Origin: Ignavibacteriota bacterium
GTDB taxonomy: Bacteria; Bacteroidota; Ignavibacteria; Palsa-1295
Direction of reading: 5' to 3'
NCBI GenBank assembly: GCA_963787835.1
Contig: CAWBEI010000002.1
Location: 1,760,001-1,824,000 of the forward strand
DNA length: 64,000 nt
The notes beneath the pieces were generated by a model that was not told the origin of the DNA, did not search any database, and saw nothing but the letters and a program-made list of their open reading frames with translations. The position numbers and the translations under genes are program-made. This document shows, in pieces, positions 27,481 to 38,858 of the stretch (positions within the stretch are counted from its first letter, which is position 1; every line of letters begins with the position of its first letter).

Positions 27481-28650
27481 CTACGCAATTTTCGGCTCTC
27501 TTCTTTGAATTCCGTTCACAAAGACAAGCCCAAAGATTATCAGCATTCCGATGGTGTCGAACGGAACAGTTGCGTTATAGCCCCATAAGATCATCATCTG
27601 AATGATTAGGAGCGCCGTCCATCCGAATATGGTAGTGGCTTTTGGAAGTGTTATTTCCTTCCCGCGCCAAATAATGTTCCGTTTCAGTAACAATGAAGCA
27701 ATGAGCATCACGGCAGGAACAAGCATCGTAAGATGATTCGGCTCGCTCCGTGTGGATGTGAGCGGAATGAGCATGAAGGATAGGAACAGTCCGGGAAGCA
27801 TTCTCTCTTTAATGAGTAAAATCACAGGGAAGCTCATGAGCAAAAGCCCGCAGGTTACTTTCAAGAACATTGTTGGGTGTAACAAGCCCATATATTGCGC
27901 TACAGCGCCCGCCAAAGCGAAGGAATGCACCGATTCATCGCCCTGGGACATCTCGCCGCCAAGCGTGTTGTGGATCCAGTAATCATAAAAATGAAAGATC
28001 GCATTCCCGGCGAACAGATAGGGGATGACGATGCAAAACAATATGATCGAGACGAGGCAGATTGCCATCGCTTTCCAACTCTTCAGAAGCATTGGCAGCA
28101 CGACGATGGGCATCAGTTTTCCGGAGATCGCCGCACCGAGGAACCATCCTCCGCTACTTTTATTTCGTAGGAGTTGCTTTGTAGCAAGCAATAGCAGAAG
28201 TAGAATGAACAGATCCTCGTGCCCGAACATCAGAACCCATTGGAAGATAGATGCGAACAAAAGACCAATAATCCCGAATATTTGCCACTTCTGATCCCGT
28301 GTTGCAAGACCCACAAAATTAGCACACAGCGCAAGCGAATAGAACATCATTGCTACGCTGATGAGATACCAGGCAAAGCTTGCTGCGACTGGGGGCAGGA
28401 ATGTGAATGGGATCCAAAGCCATGCAAAAAAAAGAGGATAGATGTACGGACGATAATTTTCTAAAGTATTGTAAGGGGCTACCGCAGTCGGTAAATAGGG
28501 ATTCGTTCCATTCTTGAAATCTTCCGCTCCGGCAAAACACGCAACGAAATCGGCCTCATGCCGAACAAAGGCGATCCGATACACTTGATAGCCGTTCACA
28601 ACGATTGTGCTGGCAAACAGGATGATGACACCGATCTTTATCCACTTCAT
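27481..28650 (-). CDS. GT87-family membrane glycosyltransferase
   Basis: DF...GTNPY...YIYPLFFA; GAAISGKLMP; multiple TM segments. Confidence 0.8.
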   Translation of the reverse strand: MKWIKIGVIILFASTIVVNGYQVYRIAFVRHEADFVACFAGAEDFKNGTNPYLPTAVAPYNTLENYRPYIYPLFFAWLWIPFTFLPPVAASFAWYLISVAMMFYSLALCANFVGLATRDQKWQIFGIIGLLFASIFQWVLMFGHEDLFILLLLLLATKQLLRNKSSGGWFLGAAISGKLMPIVVLPMLLKSWKAMAICLVSIILFCIVIPYLFAGNAIFHFYDYWIHNTLGGEMSQGDESVHSFALAGAVAQYMGLLHPTMFLKVTCGLLLMSFPVILLIKERMLPGLFLSFMLIPLTSTRSEPNHLTMLVPAVMLIASLLLKRNIIWRGKEITLPKATTIFGWTALLIIQMMILWGYNATVPFDTIGMLIIFGLVFVNGIQRREPKIA

Positions 28651-28651
28651 C

Positions 28652-29536
28652 TTAAGAATTCAAAATTGCACGTATCACTGCCAACGCTTCCCGCGTCTCT
28701 CTAACATCGTGAGTGCGGATGATCTTTGCGCCATGTTCAACTCCATAGCAGGCAGCGGCAATACTTCCACTCAGTCGCTCTTTGGGTGATGGATTGTTGC
28801 CCATTGCTTTTCCGATGGTAGATTTGCGTGATACACCAAGAACCAATGGGACGGCAAGGGACATAAATTCACTGTGGTATTTCAACAAGTGTAAGTTATC
28901 GCTATAACCTTTTGCGAAGCCAATTCCCACGTCTGCAAGAACGGTTGTTATCCCTGCTTCGCGTGCAGCCTGTATTCGACCAGCCAGATATTCGCGGACT
29001 TCAGATATCACATCTGCATACGAATAATCTTCGATCCTCGGCCTGGTGAAGTTCGGGCCATGCCCATGCATTAGAATGATTGGTGCTTGAAAATTCGCTG
29101 CAACCTGTAATATTTCGGGAACAGCAGTTCCGGCACTCACGTCATTAATGATATCCCCTCCGGCAGAAAGAGCAAGAGCTGCTACTTCGGATTTTTGGGT
29201 ATCGATAGAGATTAGGACTTGGTTCTCAACCTTGCGTATTCCTTCGATCACAGGGACCACCCGAGCGATCTCTTCTTCCGCAGATACCATAACAGCACCC
29301 GCACCGTACGACTTTCCCGCTGGGCGAGTGGACTCTCCACCAATATCAATGATCTCAGCACCATCACTCACCATTTTAAGCGCATGAGCGACCGCAGTAT
29401 CAATAGAAGAATGGTCGCCGCCATCGCTGAACGAGTCCGGCGTGACATTCAGTATCCCCATGATCATGGGCAGGGGTCTGGTTAGAAGACCACTGAGACT
29501 CGGCCGGTCAGGAAATTGGGAGCGTATCAATCCCAT
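28652..29536 (-). CDS. folP: Dihydropteroate synthase
   Basis: IMGILNVTPDSFSDGG, IDIGGESTRP, GVSRKS, IIRTHDV. Confidence 0.95.
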   Translation of the reverse strand: MGLIRSQFPDRPSLSGLLTRPLPMIMGILNVTPDSFSDGGDHSSIDTAVAHALKMVSDGAEIIDIGGESTRPAGKSYGAGAVMVSAEEEIARVVPVIEGIRKVENQVLISIDTQKSEVAALALSAGGDIINDVSAGTAVPEILQVAANFQAPIILMHGHGPNFTRPRIEDYSYADVISEVREYLAGRIQAAREAGITTVLADVGIGFAKGYSDNLHLLKYHSEFMSLAVPLVLGVSRKSTIGKAMGNNPSPKERLSGSIAAACYGVEHGAKIIRTHDVRETREALAVIRAILNS

Positions 29537-29562
29537 TTGTACAGAATGGGAGTAAGTCCGGG

Positions 29563-29724
29563 TTATGCGGCAACAATCTCTTCGGATTCGCCAACTTTCT
29601 TCTTTCGGGCGGGCGCGGTACGCCGGGCTGTTTTCGAGGATGCAATGGCCTCACGAGTTTTACGCTTTACACGCTCAACCGAGGTCTTATGTTTTTTATT
29701 GGCCCGCTTCTGTTTTTTATTCAT
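29563..29724 (-). CDS. Small basic protein (53 aa), below the ORF-track size cut-off
   Basis: Manual translation MNKKQKRANKKHKTSVERVKRKTREAIASSKTARRTAPARKKKVGESEEIVAA*. Confidence 0.6.
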   Translation of the reverse strand: MNKKQKRANKKHKTSVERVKRKTREAIASSKTARRTAPARKKKVGESEEIVAA

Positions 29725-29976
29725 GTATTGTGGGTGTTTTTGTTAGATTTCCGTTATTGGGAGTGCGTCAACAACACAATGGGTAAAAATATCCTATTTT
29801 TGGTAGTTTTTCCTCTCATGGTTGTGATTCCGGTTGACCGTTCTCTCGGAAAACTGTCTCTGAATTTACCAGGCAATAAGAATTTCACAAAAAAAGGTTA
29901 ATTATTTTTACAAGAGCGGGAAGCATTCCTTCCTCTGGGGGTGTTCATTTAATACGGGGAGGCGATTCCAGCACCG

Positions 29977-31614
29977 ATGCCCGGGTTCTGGCATTCAACG
30001 GTCGCCCTAAAAGGAGTTCATTGGACTATTATGAACGTATTCGATGATTTTGATGCCTTCGGCTTCGAAGGTGACGAAGAGTTCGGCGGCGATTCGAAAG
30101 AAAAGCGCGAACGGCGTAAAAAGTATTTTGAAGAAGAACTCAAACGGCACCGCGAGGATAAGCGGCGCAGGCTCTCTTCCAGCGAAAACTCCTCTGATGA
30201 CAGATCTGAGGATCTTCAAACCCCAGAGCGACAATTCCTCCATCCCGACATCCTTGAAGAATTGGTCGATTATTGCATCGAGAACGAGAAATTCGAAGAG
30301 GCGCTCGATTTTGCCCTCTTGCTAACGGAGCGTGCACCATTCAATGGCGATGGCTGGCACAGGCGCGGTATGCTCGAAGCGCATCATGGAGAATTCGAAA
30401 AGGCAATTCTTTCCTATGAGCGAGCCCTTGCCTTAAACCCGACGGACAATGAACTGCTGATAAACTACGGAGTGTCCCTCGATGGCGCAGGACGAACCGC
30501 CGAGGCGCTGGAGATCTTCAATCGTACTCTGGCAAGCAACCCCTCGAATGACGAGGCGCTATTCAATAAAGGAATTTGCTTTGAAAAGGCGGAGCGATAT
30601 GCCGATGCCATTGCGATCTTCCAGTATCTGAAAGATGTGAAGGAATTTGCGAAGGACTCCTATTACGAACTTGGTTTTTGCTACGATTCTATTAACGATC
30701 TGGAAAAGGCGCTTGGAGCCTACGAGAAGAATCTCGATCTCGATCCCTATAATTTTAGCGCGTGGTACAACCGTGGGATCATCCAGACCCAGATGGGGAT
30801 GTATAACAAGGCGATCGAAAGTTACGAACTGGCACTCGCGATCAAGGAAGAATTCCCAGCCGCATGGTATAACCGGGGGAACGCGTATGCCAATCTTGGC
30901 AAACTATCGGATGCAATAGAATCCTTCAAAGAATGCCTGAAATATCATCCGGAAGATGTAAGTGCCTGGCACAATCTTGCGAATGCCTACGAAGAGCTGA
31001 AGCGCTGGCGCGAAGCGGTGAGATGTTTTTCTCAGGCGCTGAAATTCAATCCGAGGCACGCCGAAAGCTTGTTCGGTCGCGGTTCTTGTTACGATGCGCT
31101 CGACGAACATGCCAAAGCGCTCGAGGATTATGATGCCGCGCTTGCCGTGGATAGCAAGTACTCCGAGCTATGGTATGCCAAAGCGGACGCGCTCTTTAAT
31201 TTGGGACGGCATGAAGAAGCGGTCATCGCCTACCGGATGGTATTGCAACTTACGCCGAATGATTTTGAGGCGTGGTTCGATTATGCAGAGACTCTTTTTG
31301 AATTGAAACGATTATCCGAATCGATCCAGGCGTATGAGGCATCCAGTTCTTATGCTCCCGCATGGTCGGAACCGCATTTAGGCCGCGCAAAAGTATTGTA
31401 CTTGCTGGAGCAGGATTTCGATGCAGCAGTAGAATTGCTCATTGCGATCCGCCTCGATCCGGTACGGCTGCGGCAGTATGAAATCGAGTTCCCGCTCCTG
31501 CGTAGCAACGCCGATTTCGAAGCATTCGATACACAGATCCGAGCAAACTTATTGGCGCTTACCAATGAGGGCGAGGCAACGTCGGCGGAAGGCCCGTTAT
31601 CGGAGGCGCACTAA
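29977..31614 (+). CDS. Tetratricopeptide-repeat protein (start may be 30031)
   Basis: Many TPRs (AWYNRG, AWHNLA). Confidence 0.88.
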   Translation: MPGFWHSTVALKGVHWTIMNVFDDFDAFGFEGDEEFGGDSKEKRERRKKYFEEELKRHREDKRRRLSSSENSSDDRSEDLQTPERQFLHPDILEELVDYCIENEKFEEALDFALLLTERAPFNGDGWHRRGMLEAHHGEFEKAILSYERALALNPTDNELLINYGVSLDGAGRTAEALEIFNRTLASNPSNDEALFNKGICFEKAERYADAIAIFQYLKDVKEFAKDSYYELGFCYDSINDLEKALGAYEKNLDLDPYNFSAWYNRGIIQTQMGMYNKAIESYELALAIKEEFPAAWYNRGNAYANLGKLSDAIESFKECLKYHPEDVSAWHNLANAYEELKRWREAVRCFSQALKFNPRHAESLFGRGSCYDALDEHAKALEDYDAALAVDSKYSELWYAKADALFNLGRHEEAVIAYRMVLQLTPNDFEAWFDYAETLFELKRLSESIQAYEASSSYAPAWSEPHLGRAKVLYLLEQDFDAAVELLIAIRLDPVRLRQYEIEFPLLRSNADFEAFDTQIRANLLALTNEGEATSAEGPLSEAH

Positions 31615-31642
31615 CGCTGCCGTCGGTTAGTGTTCGTTATTT

Positions 31643-33292
31643 CTATCGTATCACAAACTCGACACGTCGGTTTTCTGCACGGCCTTCGTCCGTACTGTTT
31701 GTTGCGATCGGTGAGGCTGGGCCATGCCCTTGTGCTACGATACGATCTCCCGAGATCCCATGCTGTATTAAATATTCACGCACGGCTTTGGCGCGCCGAA
31801 GCGAGAGATCGATGTTATGTGGCAGGCTGCCGAGGCTATCCGAATATCCGGCGATCTCGACCTTTATCGTGGGAACGTTCTGCATCATTGTTACCGCCCG
31901 ATTCAATTCAGGAGTGGAGGCCGGCTGAAGATCGGCTTTATCGAAATCGAAGAAGATCAGCATCCGTGTTTTGCCTCCGGTGATCGCTCCGAGTGCAATA
32001 TCGGAGGGATTCTTTAGGATGCGACCCTGAGAATCCACCTCGAATTCGGCCGTTGCAAATAAATGCCCATCGGCCTCCGCCGTGATGGAATATTTTCCAG
32101 GTTTGTTCACTCGGAGCGAATAATTGCCGTTTGAATCCGTAACGCTTTTCAGAAAAACCTGATTGTTCGAAAGATCGACGCCCGTTAACGATGCAACGAG
32201 CGGTTTACCCGAAGCGGCATCCTTCACATGGCCGGATAAGCTGAACGGCGAGCCAGAAGTATCGGAAGAGAAGAGAGAACTGATCGGGATATCGACTGGC
32301 TTCTGAGGTGGGGGCGGAGGAGACGGTACCTCTGGTGCGGGTGGAGGGGGCAAGGCATGAAATGGCAGCCGTAACCCAACCGTCAACGTAAGATACCACA
32401 GCCGGGGGTCCGAGATAGCAGTGGTTTGGAGCCAATAAGAAGCAGTCGCTCTCGTGGAGGAATCGGCTTCATTGGTCAGCCAGCGTGTCAAGGGGATGCT
32501 TAACAGTAGTTCTGCGTCCAGCATCATATTGGTAGCGCCGAGGCGGTAGACCGTCCCTCCGCCGACCTGTATGTCCGTGCGGTATCCAAAGAACCAGTTC
32601 GCGAGATCCGTTTCTGGAGCCTGCTGGCTCGATACATTGGTGTATGAGTGATTGATGAGGTTTACATAGCTGCCGGATAGTTGCTGGCTTCCATTGAATC
32701 CATTTTTTGTCAGTTGAGAAAGGCCGAAGCCTGCGGCAGCATAGTAATGATCGTTGAGGCGAACGTGTCCGAGCAACGCACCGTCAAGGCTGGAGAGCAG
32801 GAGCGAGTATTGACTTGTTCCACCAGCGATAGCGGAAGAAACGTTAGGGTCCAGTTGGATCCCAGAATGAAACTCCTGCCGTGAAGAATAATTGGTCATG
32901 AACCGGAACTTCGCCTCAATGTCCACAGACATGCCTAATGAAAAGCCCACTTTGGCGCCACCAACAAATCCGATTCCTGAGCCCAGGTTATTAAAGGGAA
33001 GATAGGTTGCGAGCTGCGGTGCATTATAAAGGGCGTCCGTGATCGAGACAATGCCCCACAAAAAATTGTGCGAGCCAATATAATCGCTGCCGGTCATGCC
33101 AAGATCAACCCCGACATAGCTGCGCCCGGTCGCTAGATTGATGTCCTTCGGACCGAATTGCATGGCCGTAGTATCGGTTTGGGCAAAAAGCGGAGTTTGC
33201 ACGAAAATACCGGTCGCAAACGCGAGCGATAATAGGATTCGATGAGCAATTTTTGTCATTTGGAGAACAAATGAGCTGGCAGCACTATACAA
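31643..33292 (-). CDS. OmpA-family protein with carboxypeptidase-regulatory-like domain
   Basis: LSGHVKDAASGKP...TDSNGNYSL; IFFDFDKA...LSLRRAKAV...ENRRVEF. Confidence 0.85.
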   Translation of the reverse strand: MYSAASSFVLQMTKIAHRILLSLAFATGIFVQTPLFAQTDTTAMQFGPKDINLATGRSYVGVDLGMTGSDYIGSHNFLWGIVSITDALYNAPQLATYLPFNNLGSGIGFVGGAKVGFSLGMSVDIEAKFRFMTNYSSRQEFHSGIQLDPNVSSAIAGGTSQYSLLLSSLDGALLGHVRLNDHYYAAAGFGLSQLTKNGFNGSQQLSGSYVNLINHSYTNVSSQQAPETDLANWFFGYRTDIQVGGGTVYRLGATNMMLDAELLLSIPLTRWLTNEADSSTRATASYWLQTTAISDPRLWYLTLTVGLRLPFHALPPPPAPEVPSPPPPPQKPVDIPISSLFSSDTSGSPFSLSGHVKDAASGKPLVASLTGVDLSNNQVFLKSVTDSNGNYSLRVNKPGKYSITAEADGHLFATAEFEVDSQGRILKNPSDIALGAITGGKTRMLIFFDFDKADLQPASTPELNRAVTMMQNVPTIKVEIAGYSDSLGSLPHNIDLSLRRAKAVREYLIQHGISGDRIVAQGHGPASPIATNSTDEGRAENRRVEFVIR

Positions 33293-33300
33293 TAGTTTAC

Positions 33301-33326
33301 GGAACCGAGCCTTCCTCTTCCGTGTA
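33301..33326 (+). promoter_or_regulatory. ECF-type promoter motif for tRNA-Glu
   Basis: GGAAC-N17-TGTA. Confidence 0.5.
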
Positions 33327-33360
33327 ATGTGTGCCGCTCATGCCCGGTCATCGGGGAAAT

Positions 33361-33432
33361 GGCGCGTTCATCTAGCGGCTAGGATACCGCCCTCTCAAGG
33401 CGGGTACACGGGTTCGATTCCCGTACGCGCTA
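33361..33432 (+). tRNA. tRNA-Glu(CTC)
   Basis: Acceptor GGCGCGT/ACGCGCT, anticodon stem CCGCC/GGCGG with loop CT-CTC-AA, GGTTCGATTCC T-arm; CCA not encoded. Confidence 0.95.
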
Positions 33433-33507
33433 CAAATATACGACATCATTTTCATTCCTCCTTGAGAAGATGGTTTGTCTATTGAGGTTTGCCCAAAGCG
33501 ATCCCAG

Positions 33508-35610
33508 TCAATATTCCACTGGCTTCCGCATCGAATCCACTCGCGGAATCGGTTGTGTTACAGAAAGAGAATCATGTTTTGTGGTATCGACGGGTAGCGG
33601 AGCGCCGGGATAGCTCGCATTGAAGTATTCTATTTTTGGCCGGAGCGCATCGTAGGCATATTTCATAAAAAGTCCCCAGATGGGCGCTGCGGCGCGTCCG
33701 CCCTGACCGTTCGAACTATTGAAAGTGATGCGCTTATCGTCGAAGCCAACCCATACGCCGGCAGTATATTCCGGCGTGTAACCGACAAACCAGGCATCGG
33801 CATAATTCTGGGTAGTTCCCGTTTTGCCGGCAGCAGGATAGCGGAAATAATTTAATACCCGAATTCCCGTTCCATGCTGAACTACATCTTCCAATGCTGA
33901 TGTGATTTCATGGCAGATCTTCGGATCGAGCACATTCTCTAACTCGGGTTTTCGCTCGTACAGAATTTTCCCATTCCGATCCTCCACGCGCATGATCGCG
34001 TAGGGCATTGCGCGAACGCCTTCATTTGCAAACACGGAATATGCGCTCGTGAGATCGATCGGACTCACTTCCGCAGTTCCCAACGCGATAGAGGGATAGG
34101 GCGGTATCGGTTGTCGAATGCCGAGTCGGGCTGCCATTTTCACGACATCTTGAACGGAAGTTAATTCCTGAATCGCATGCACCGCTGAAAGATTGAGCGA
34201 TTGCTCGATCGCATAGCGAATGCTGACCGTCCCGCCGGATGCTTCACCCGCGAAATTCTGCGGCGACCACGAGCCAAGATGGACCGGTTCGTTGGATACG
34301 CTGGATTCCGGCGTTGCGCCATGCTCGAACACGGAAGCATACACGATCGGCTTGAATGACGATCCCGGCTGACGTACGATCTGCGTTGCGTGATTCAGCC
34401 CATAGCGTACATCCTGATAATTCGATGCGCCGACCATTGCCACGATCTGTCCCGTCGATTGATCGATGCAGACAAGCCCCGCTTGCAATAATAGTTCTTC
34501 ATCCTTTACGCTATCGACAAAATCCTTATTTGCATAGAATTCACGCGCCACCTTTGCGCGCTCGACGTCCGACGAAGCGGAACGGTATTCCAGCGTATGA
34601 TGCACTGCTTTCATGAGCGCCGTATCGAGGATACCTTTGTGGCGTGCCCAGTTCCATCCTTTATTTACGTAGTTCTTTTGGTAGTCTGCAATGTGTTCGA
34701 GCACCGCGCGGTTCGCGGCGCGCTGCATGGTGGCATTCAGTGTGGTATAGACCACAAGTCCGTCACGGTAAATATCGTAGCCTTGCAGCTCCGGCATTTT
34801 CTGCAATTGTTGGCGCACCATTTCCGCAAAGTGCGGTGCAATACCCTGGTAGCCGAGATACTCTTTTACCTTTAAAGCATCTTTTTTAATCTTTGCTGCC
34901 TCTGCCTCGGTAATAAATCCCGCATTTACCGTATTATCAATGACTGTATTCCGCCGATTGATGGCGTTGTCGTAATCATCATCAGGATCGTAATTCTCCG
35001 GGCCTTTGAGAATGCCAACGAGATACGCGGACTGTGCTGGCGTCAGCTTATTAACATCCTCGCCGAAATATGCCTGACTTGCGGCCTCGATTCCATACGC
35101 ACCTCGCCCGAAATATGTGACGTTGAGATACATTTCCAATATCTCATTTTTCGTATGCGCGCGTTCGATCTGAACGGCTGTAATAGCTTCGCGTAATTTG
35201 CGAATGACGGTTTTATCCTGATTGAGATACAGATTCCGCGCAAGCTGCTGCGTAATGGTGCTCGCTCCTTCTTTGGCATGAAGGCTGAATAGGTCGGTAA
35301 CTATTGCGCGAAGATTGCCCCACAAGTCTAGTCCCCAGTGGTGATAGAACGTTCGGTCTTCCGTGGCAATAAGCGCCTTGATGAGGAACGGTGGGACGTT
35401 CCTCAGATGAATATTTGTCCGGTTCTTGATAAAGAACTGGTCGATCGGCTCGCCATCGGTAGAGATGATGCGTGTCGCAATTTCCGGATGCGGCGTAGCT
35501 AATTCCTCCGTGCTCGGCAGCCCGCGCGAAATATCCCACCACAGAAAGGCAAGAAATGCGACGAGAGCCGCAAGGGCAATGTAAAGATTACGACGACGTT
35601 TGGTCATCAC
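33508..35610 (-). CDS. Penicillin-binding protein 1A (transglycosylase/transpeptidase)
   Basis: [27 protein letters not shown] (SxxK), SLN, KTGT. Confidence 0.93.
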   Translation of the reverse strand: MMTKRRRNLYIALAALVAFLAFLWWDISRGLPSTEELATPHPEIATRIISTDGEPIDQFFIKNRTNIHLRNVPPFLIKALIATEDRTFYHHWGLDLWGNLRAIVTDLFSLHAKEGASTITQQLARNLYLNQDKTVIRKLREAITAVQIERAHTKNEILEMYLNVTYFGRGAYGIEAASQAYFGEDVNKLTPAQSAYLVGILKGPENYDPDDDYDNAINRRNTVIDNTVNAGFITEAEAAKIKKDALKVKEYLGYQGIAPHFAEMVRQQLQKMPELQGYDIYRDGLVVYTTLNATMQRAANRAVLEHIADYQKNYVNKGWNWARHKGILDTALMKAVHHTLEYRSASSDVERAKVAREFYANKDFVDSVKDEELLLQAGLVCIDQSTGQIVAMVGASNYQDVRYGLNHATQIVRQPGSSFKPIVYASVFEHGATPESSVSNEPVHLGSWSPQNFAGEASGGTVSIRYAIEQSLNLSAVHAIQELTSVQDVVKMAARLGIRQPIPPYPSIALGTAEVSPIDLTSAYSVFANEGVRAMPYAIMRVEDRNGKILYERKPELENVLDPKICHEITSALEDVVQHGTGIRVLNYFRYPAAGKTGTTQNYADAWFVGYTPEYTAGVWVGFDDKRITFNSSNGQGGRAAAPIWGLFMKYAYDALRPKIEYFNASYPGAPLPVDTTKHDSLSVTQPIPRVDSMRKPVEY

Positions 35611-37073
35611 ACAGGCGACGAAAGCCTCTCTTGAATGTAACTCTTAACCGCACTCATTGCCACGCGCACCTGCTGCATTGAATCCCGTTCCCGGATGGTG
35701 ACGGTCTGATCGTTCAGCGTATCGGAATCAATAGTAACGCAGAATGGCGTACCGATCTCATCCATGCGGCGATAACGGCGCCCGACCGCGCCCGATTCAT
35801 CGTAGAATGACTTCATCGACTTACGCAGATCGCGCTCAAGCTCATTGGCAAGTTCCGGCATTCCATCTTTATTCACAAGTGGGAACACGGCAACTTTTAC
35901 CGGCGCAAGAAAGGGATGCAAACGCAGCACCACGCGTTGTTCGCCATTTACTTCTTCCTCTTCATAGCCATTGCAGAGAAAGGCCATGAAGCCACGCGAG
36001 GCTCCAGCGGCAGTTTCAACGACGAATGGCGTGTATTTCTCTTTCGTCTCCTCATCGTGAACTTGCAAGCTCTTCCCGGAAAACTCCTGGTGCCGCGTGA
36101 GATCGAAATTCGTGCGGTTATGAATGCCTTCGATCTCGCCGAAGCCGAACGGGAACTCGAACTCGATGTCGCCGGCAGCCTTTGCATAATGCGCGAGCTT
36201 TTCGTGCGGGCGGAAACGGAGTTTGCTCTCTGGCATTCCTAATGAGCGCCACCAGTTCCAGCGCGTTTCGCGCCAGGATTCGAAGAATGCATCGTCCGAG
36301 CCTGCTTTGCAGAAGAACTGCATTTCCATTTGCTCAAACTCACGAGTACGGAAGAGGAAATTCTTTGTATTGATCTCATTCCGGAAGGACTTCCCGATCT
36401 GGCAAATACCGAATGGAATTTTCTGCCGTGAGGACTGCATCACGTTCAGAAAATTTACGAAAATTCCTTGTGCGGTTTCGGGGCGGAGATAGACGACATT
36501 CGAATCGTCCTTTACTGGTCCAACATACGTCTCGAACATCAAATTAAAACTGCGTGGAACGGTAAACGTCTTTGTTCGTCCGCAATTGGGGCAGGGGATT
36601 AATTCTTGCTCGACCAGGCTTCCAAAGATGGAATCATCCTGCTCGATCGTGCCGGTGACGAGTTCTGCGAGCTGCTCTTTTGTAAAATCTCGCGTTTCGA
36701 GGGCGAGCGATTTCGTGATCGCTTTCAACTTTTTCTCCGACATTTCTGCAAAAAGATGATCCACGCGATACCGCGATTTGCACTCGCGGCAATCGACCAT
36801 CGGGTCGGAGAAATTCTGCACATGGCCGGATGCTTCCCACACTTTCGGGTGCATGAGGATCGATGCGTCAAGACCCTCGATGTCGCCGCGCTGGGTCATG
36901 GCGCGCCACCAGGCGTCCTTGAGATTGCGCAGCATCTCGACTCCGAGCGGACCGTAATCCCAGCAGCCGTTCAAGCCGCCATAAATTTCGGACGATTGAA
37001 AAATAAACCCCCGCCGCTTCGCTAGCGATACGATCTTCTCTAATAATTGCTGTGATGGTGTTGATTGAGCCAC
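35607..37073 (-). CDS. glyQS: Glycine--tRNA ligase (alpha2 type)
   Basis: [57 protein letters not shown]. Confidence 0.96.
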   Translation of the reverse strand: MAQSTPSQQLLEKIVSLAKRRGFIFQSSEIYGGLNGCWDYGPLGVEMLRNLKDAWWRAMTQRGDIEGLDASILMHPKVWEASGHVQNFSDPMVDCRECKSRYRVDHLFAEMSEKKLKAITKSLALETRDFTKEQLAELVTGTIEQDDSIFGSLVEQELIPCPNCGRTKTFTVPRSFNLMFETYVGPVKDDSNVVYLRPETAQGIFVNFLNVMQSSRQKIPFGICQIGKSFRNEINTKNFLFRTREFEQMEMQFFCKAGSDDAFFESWRETRWNWWRSLGMPESKLRFRPHEKLAHYAKAAGDIEFEFPFGFGEIEGIHNRTNFDLTRHQEFSGKSLQVHDEETKEKYTPFVVETAAGASRGFMAFLCNGYEEEEVNGEQRVVLRLHPFLAPVKVAVFPLVNKDGMPELANELERDLRKSMKSFYDESGAVGRRYRRMDEIGTPFCVTIDSDTLNDQTVTIRERDSMQQVRVAMSAVKSYIQERLSSPV

Positions 37074-37080
37074 TTTGTAT

Positions 37081-37111
37081 AGTAACGAGTTATGAGTACC
37101 GAGTAACGAGT
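37081..37111. repeat. Heptamer tandem repeat in the glyQS leader
   Basis: agtaacg agttatg agtaccg agtaacg agt. Confidence 0.75.
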
Positions 37112-37135
37112 GGGGGCGGGAATGTCATTCCCCAA

Positions 37136-37179
37136 TTATCTGAACCTGGATGACGCGGATGGGAGCGGATGACGCGGAT
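37136..37179 (+). repeat. GGAT-periodic repeat copy A
   Basis: ttatctgaacctGGATgacgcGGATgggagcGGATgacgcGGAT. Confidence 0.92.
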
Positions 37180-37229
37180 GGCTCGGGAATGAACTGTCAT
37201 TTCGAGCTAAGCAAGCGCGGTTTCACACA

Positions 37230-37373
37230 TGTCATTCCGAGCGGAGCAATTCATCGCGGAGCGATGGTTTGCGTAGTCGAGGAATCTCTGTCAGTTGGCC
37301 GGAGATCTCTCTACTCCGCAATTCTCCCAGCATCGTCGGCGATGCGGGTCGAATTGCTCCGCTCGGGATGACA
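37230..37373. repeat. Long palindromic element (tgtcattccgagc...gctcgggatgaca type)
   Basis: tgtcattccgagcggagcaattc ... gaattgctccgctcgggatgaca inverted arms with internal hairpins. Confidence 0.82.
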
Positions 37374-37445
37374 TGGAAAGATGACATAGGCAAAATGAAC
37401 GCCCTAAGTAACCTTTCTCCTATTTTGGGGTTTTTAATGATCGCT

Positions 37446-38309
37446 ATGCTTCGCTTCAAAGCATTTTCGATAATTCGATTCCTTGTTTTAGGAAGTGTAT
37501 TCCTTTTCTCTCCACTCCACGCGCAGGATTTACAGCAGTGGAAGCCGAACGTGGGGGATCGGTTTGAGTGCCTAATTAGCCACAATATTAATTGTGGAGA
37601 TTATGAGTGTACCGGAATAGATACCGTCCTATTTGAGATCACAGACACAGCATATGATGGTGATACCCAACATCCTGATGCAGTATTTGCGACAACGAGT
37701 GCCATCGGGCTACACCTCACATACTATGAGTGGGGACAAGGGTACGACTCAATTGGCCAGATAGGACATAATTATAATGTTAACACCCTTATTTCGTCGC
37801 CGAGTGCCCAAACGCTTGAAACATCATTTAATGGCGCAAGTGTCAATTATAATAGCTGGATGGAAATTCCATTTATTCGCGATACATCTATAGTATTTCA
37901 GGGTGTGAATTATCAAGGTTCTTTGTCGGCTGCGGGAATGTTTCTGCCTAAGTTGGGATGGTTCTTCTCCCTGACCGGGAACGAGTATGGAAATATTTGT
38001 TACCCCTGTTTAGAGGGAACTTGGACGATGGCGCTCATTGCGGCTTCGGGACCTTCGGGTGTTCAAGTAGATATCCCTTCGAATTCAATGGTATTTTCGG
38101 AGGGTTCCTTTTTGCAACTTGTAAACATTGAAGCCAATAAAATAATGTTAATGGATTTGGTTGGGCGAATCGTAAACGCATGGCAATTTCCATCATTCGG
38201 CCATCGCGATATTACTCTGAATGTTGCAGATGTGCAGAGCGGTGTGTATTTCCTGCAAATCTCCGCGCCGGGTGTGGAGGAGATGCGGAAAGTGGTGATC
38301 GTGCATTAG
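37446..38309 (+). CDS. T9SS type A sorting-domain secreted protein
   Basis: Signal peptide; LMDLVGR...SGVYFLQI...RKVVIVH. Confidence 0.8.
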   Translation: MLRFKAFSIIRFLVLGSVFLFSPLHAQDLQQWKPNVGDRFECLISHNINCGDYECTGIDTVLFEITDTAYDGDTQHPDAVFATTSAIGLHLTYYEWGQGYDSIGQIGHNYNVNTLISSPSAQTLETSFNGASVNYNSWMEIPFIRDTSIVFQGVNYQGSLSAAGMFLPKLGWFFSLTGNEYGNICYPCLEGTWTMALIAASGPSGVQVDIPSNSMVFSEGSFLQLVNIEANKIMLMDLVGRIVNAWQFPSFGHRDITLNVADVQSGVYFLQISAPGVEEMRKVVIVH

Positions 38310-38313
38310 GCTG

Positions 38314-38358
38314 TCTGAACCTGGATGACGCGGATGGGAGCGGATGACGCGGATAGTT
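38314..38358 (+). repeat. GGAT-periodic repeat copy B (left IR of the GxxExxY gene)
   Basis: tctgaacctggatgacgcggatgggagcggatgacgcggatagtt. Confidence 0.92.
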
Positions 38359-38405
38359 GGTTGAAGGTTGAGCATTTATTTGATATTTAATTTTGATGTG
38401 ACTTA

Positions 38406-38810
38406 ATGGGCCATGACTTTGAGGACAAAGAACTTACGGAGGCAATAATCGGATGCGCCATGAGAGTGCATTCGAAATTGGGGTGTGGCTTTCAGGAAGT
38501 TATTTACCAGCGCGGCTTGGCTATCGAGCTTCGAAGACTCTCCATAAATTTCGAACGAGAATTTGAAATGCCTATTGATTACGACGACGAGAATATTGGC
38601 TCACGCCGCGTGGATTTCCTGATTGAGAATCGAATATCGGTCGAACTTAAAGCATTGGCAGAATTAGAAGACATCCATCTTGCTCAAGCCAAAAATTATC
38701 TTGAAGTATATAAATTGAGAGTAGGACTGCTCATCAACTTCGGCGGCAAACGATTAGAATTCAGACGATTAATAAATTCCAAAGCGCCACATAGACGAGA
38801 GCTGAAGTAA
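38406..38810 (+). CDS. GxxExxY protein (PD-(D/E)XK nuclease-like fold)
   Basis: VHSKLGCGFQEVIYQ (GxxExxY), RRVDFLIE...VELKA, AQAKNYL, GLLINFG. Confidence 0.92.
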   Translation: MGHDFEDKELTEAIIGCAMRVHSKLGCGFQEVIYQRGLAIELRRLSINFEREFEMPIDYDDENIGSRRVDFLIENRISVELKALAELEDIHLAQAKNYLEVYKLRVGLLINFGGKRLEFRRLINSKAPHRRELK

Positions 38811-38858
38811 TAGGCAAATACACAATTGTTTAAACGCAAAATCCATAAGATCCAACAA

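Noticed and set aside
37269-37445. N-terminal extension of the T9SS gene in the ORF track
   Set aside because: It reads through a palindromic repeat, and the signal peptide begins near 37446. Similar over-extensions were trimmed for ORFs at 12631, 15105, 18436, 18508 and 59257.
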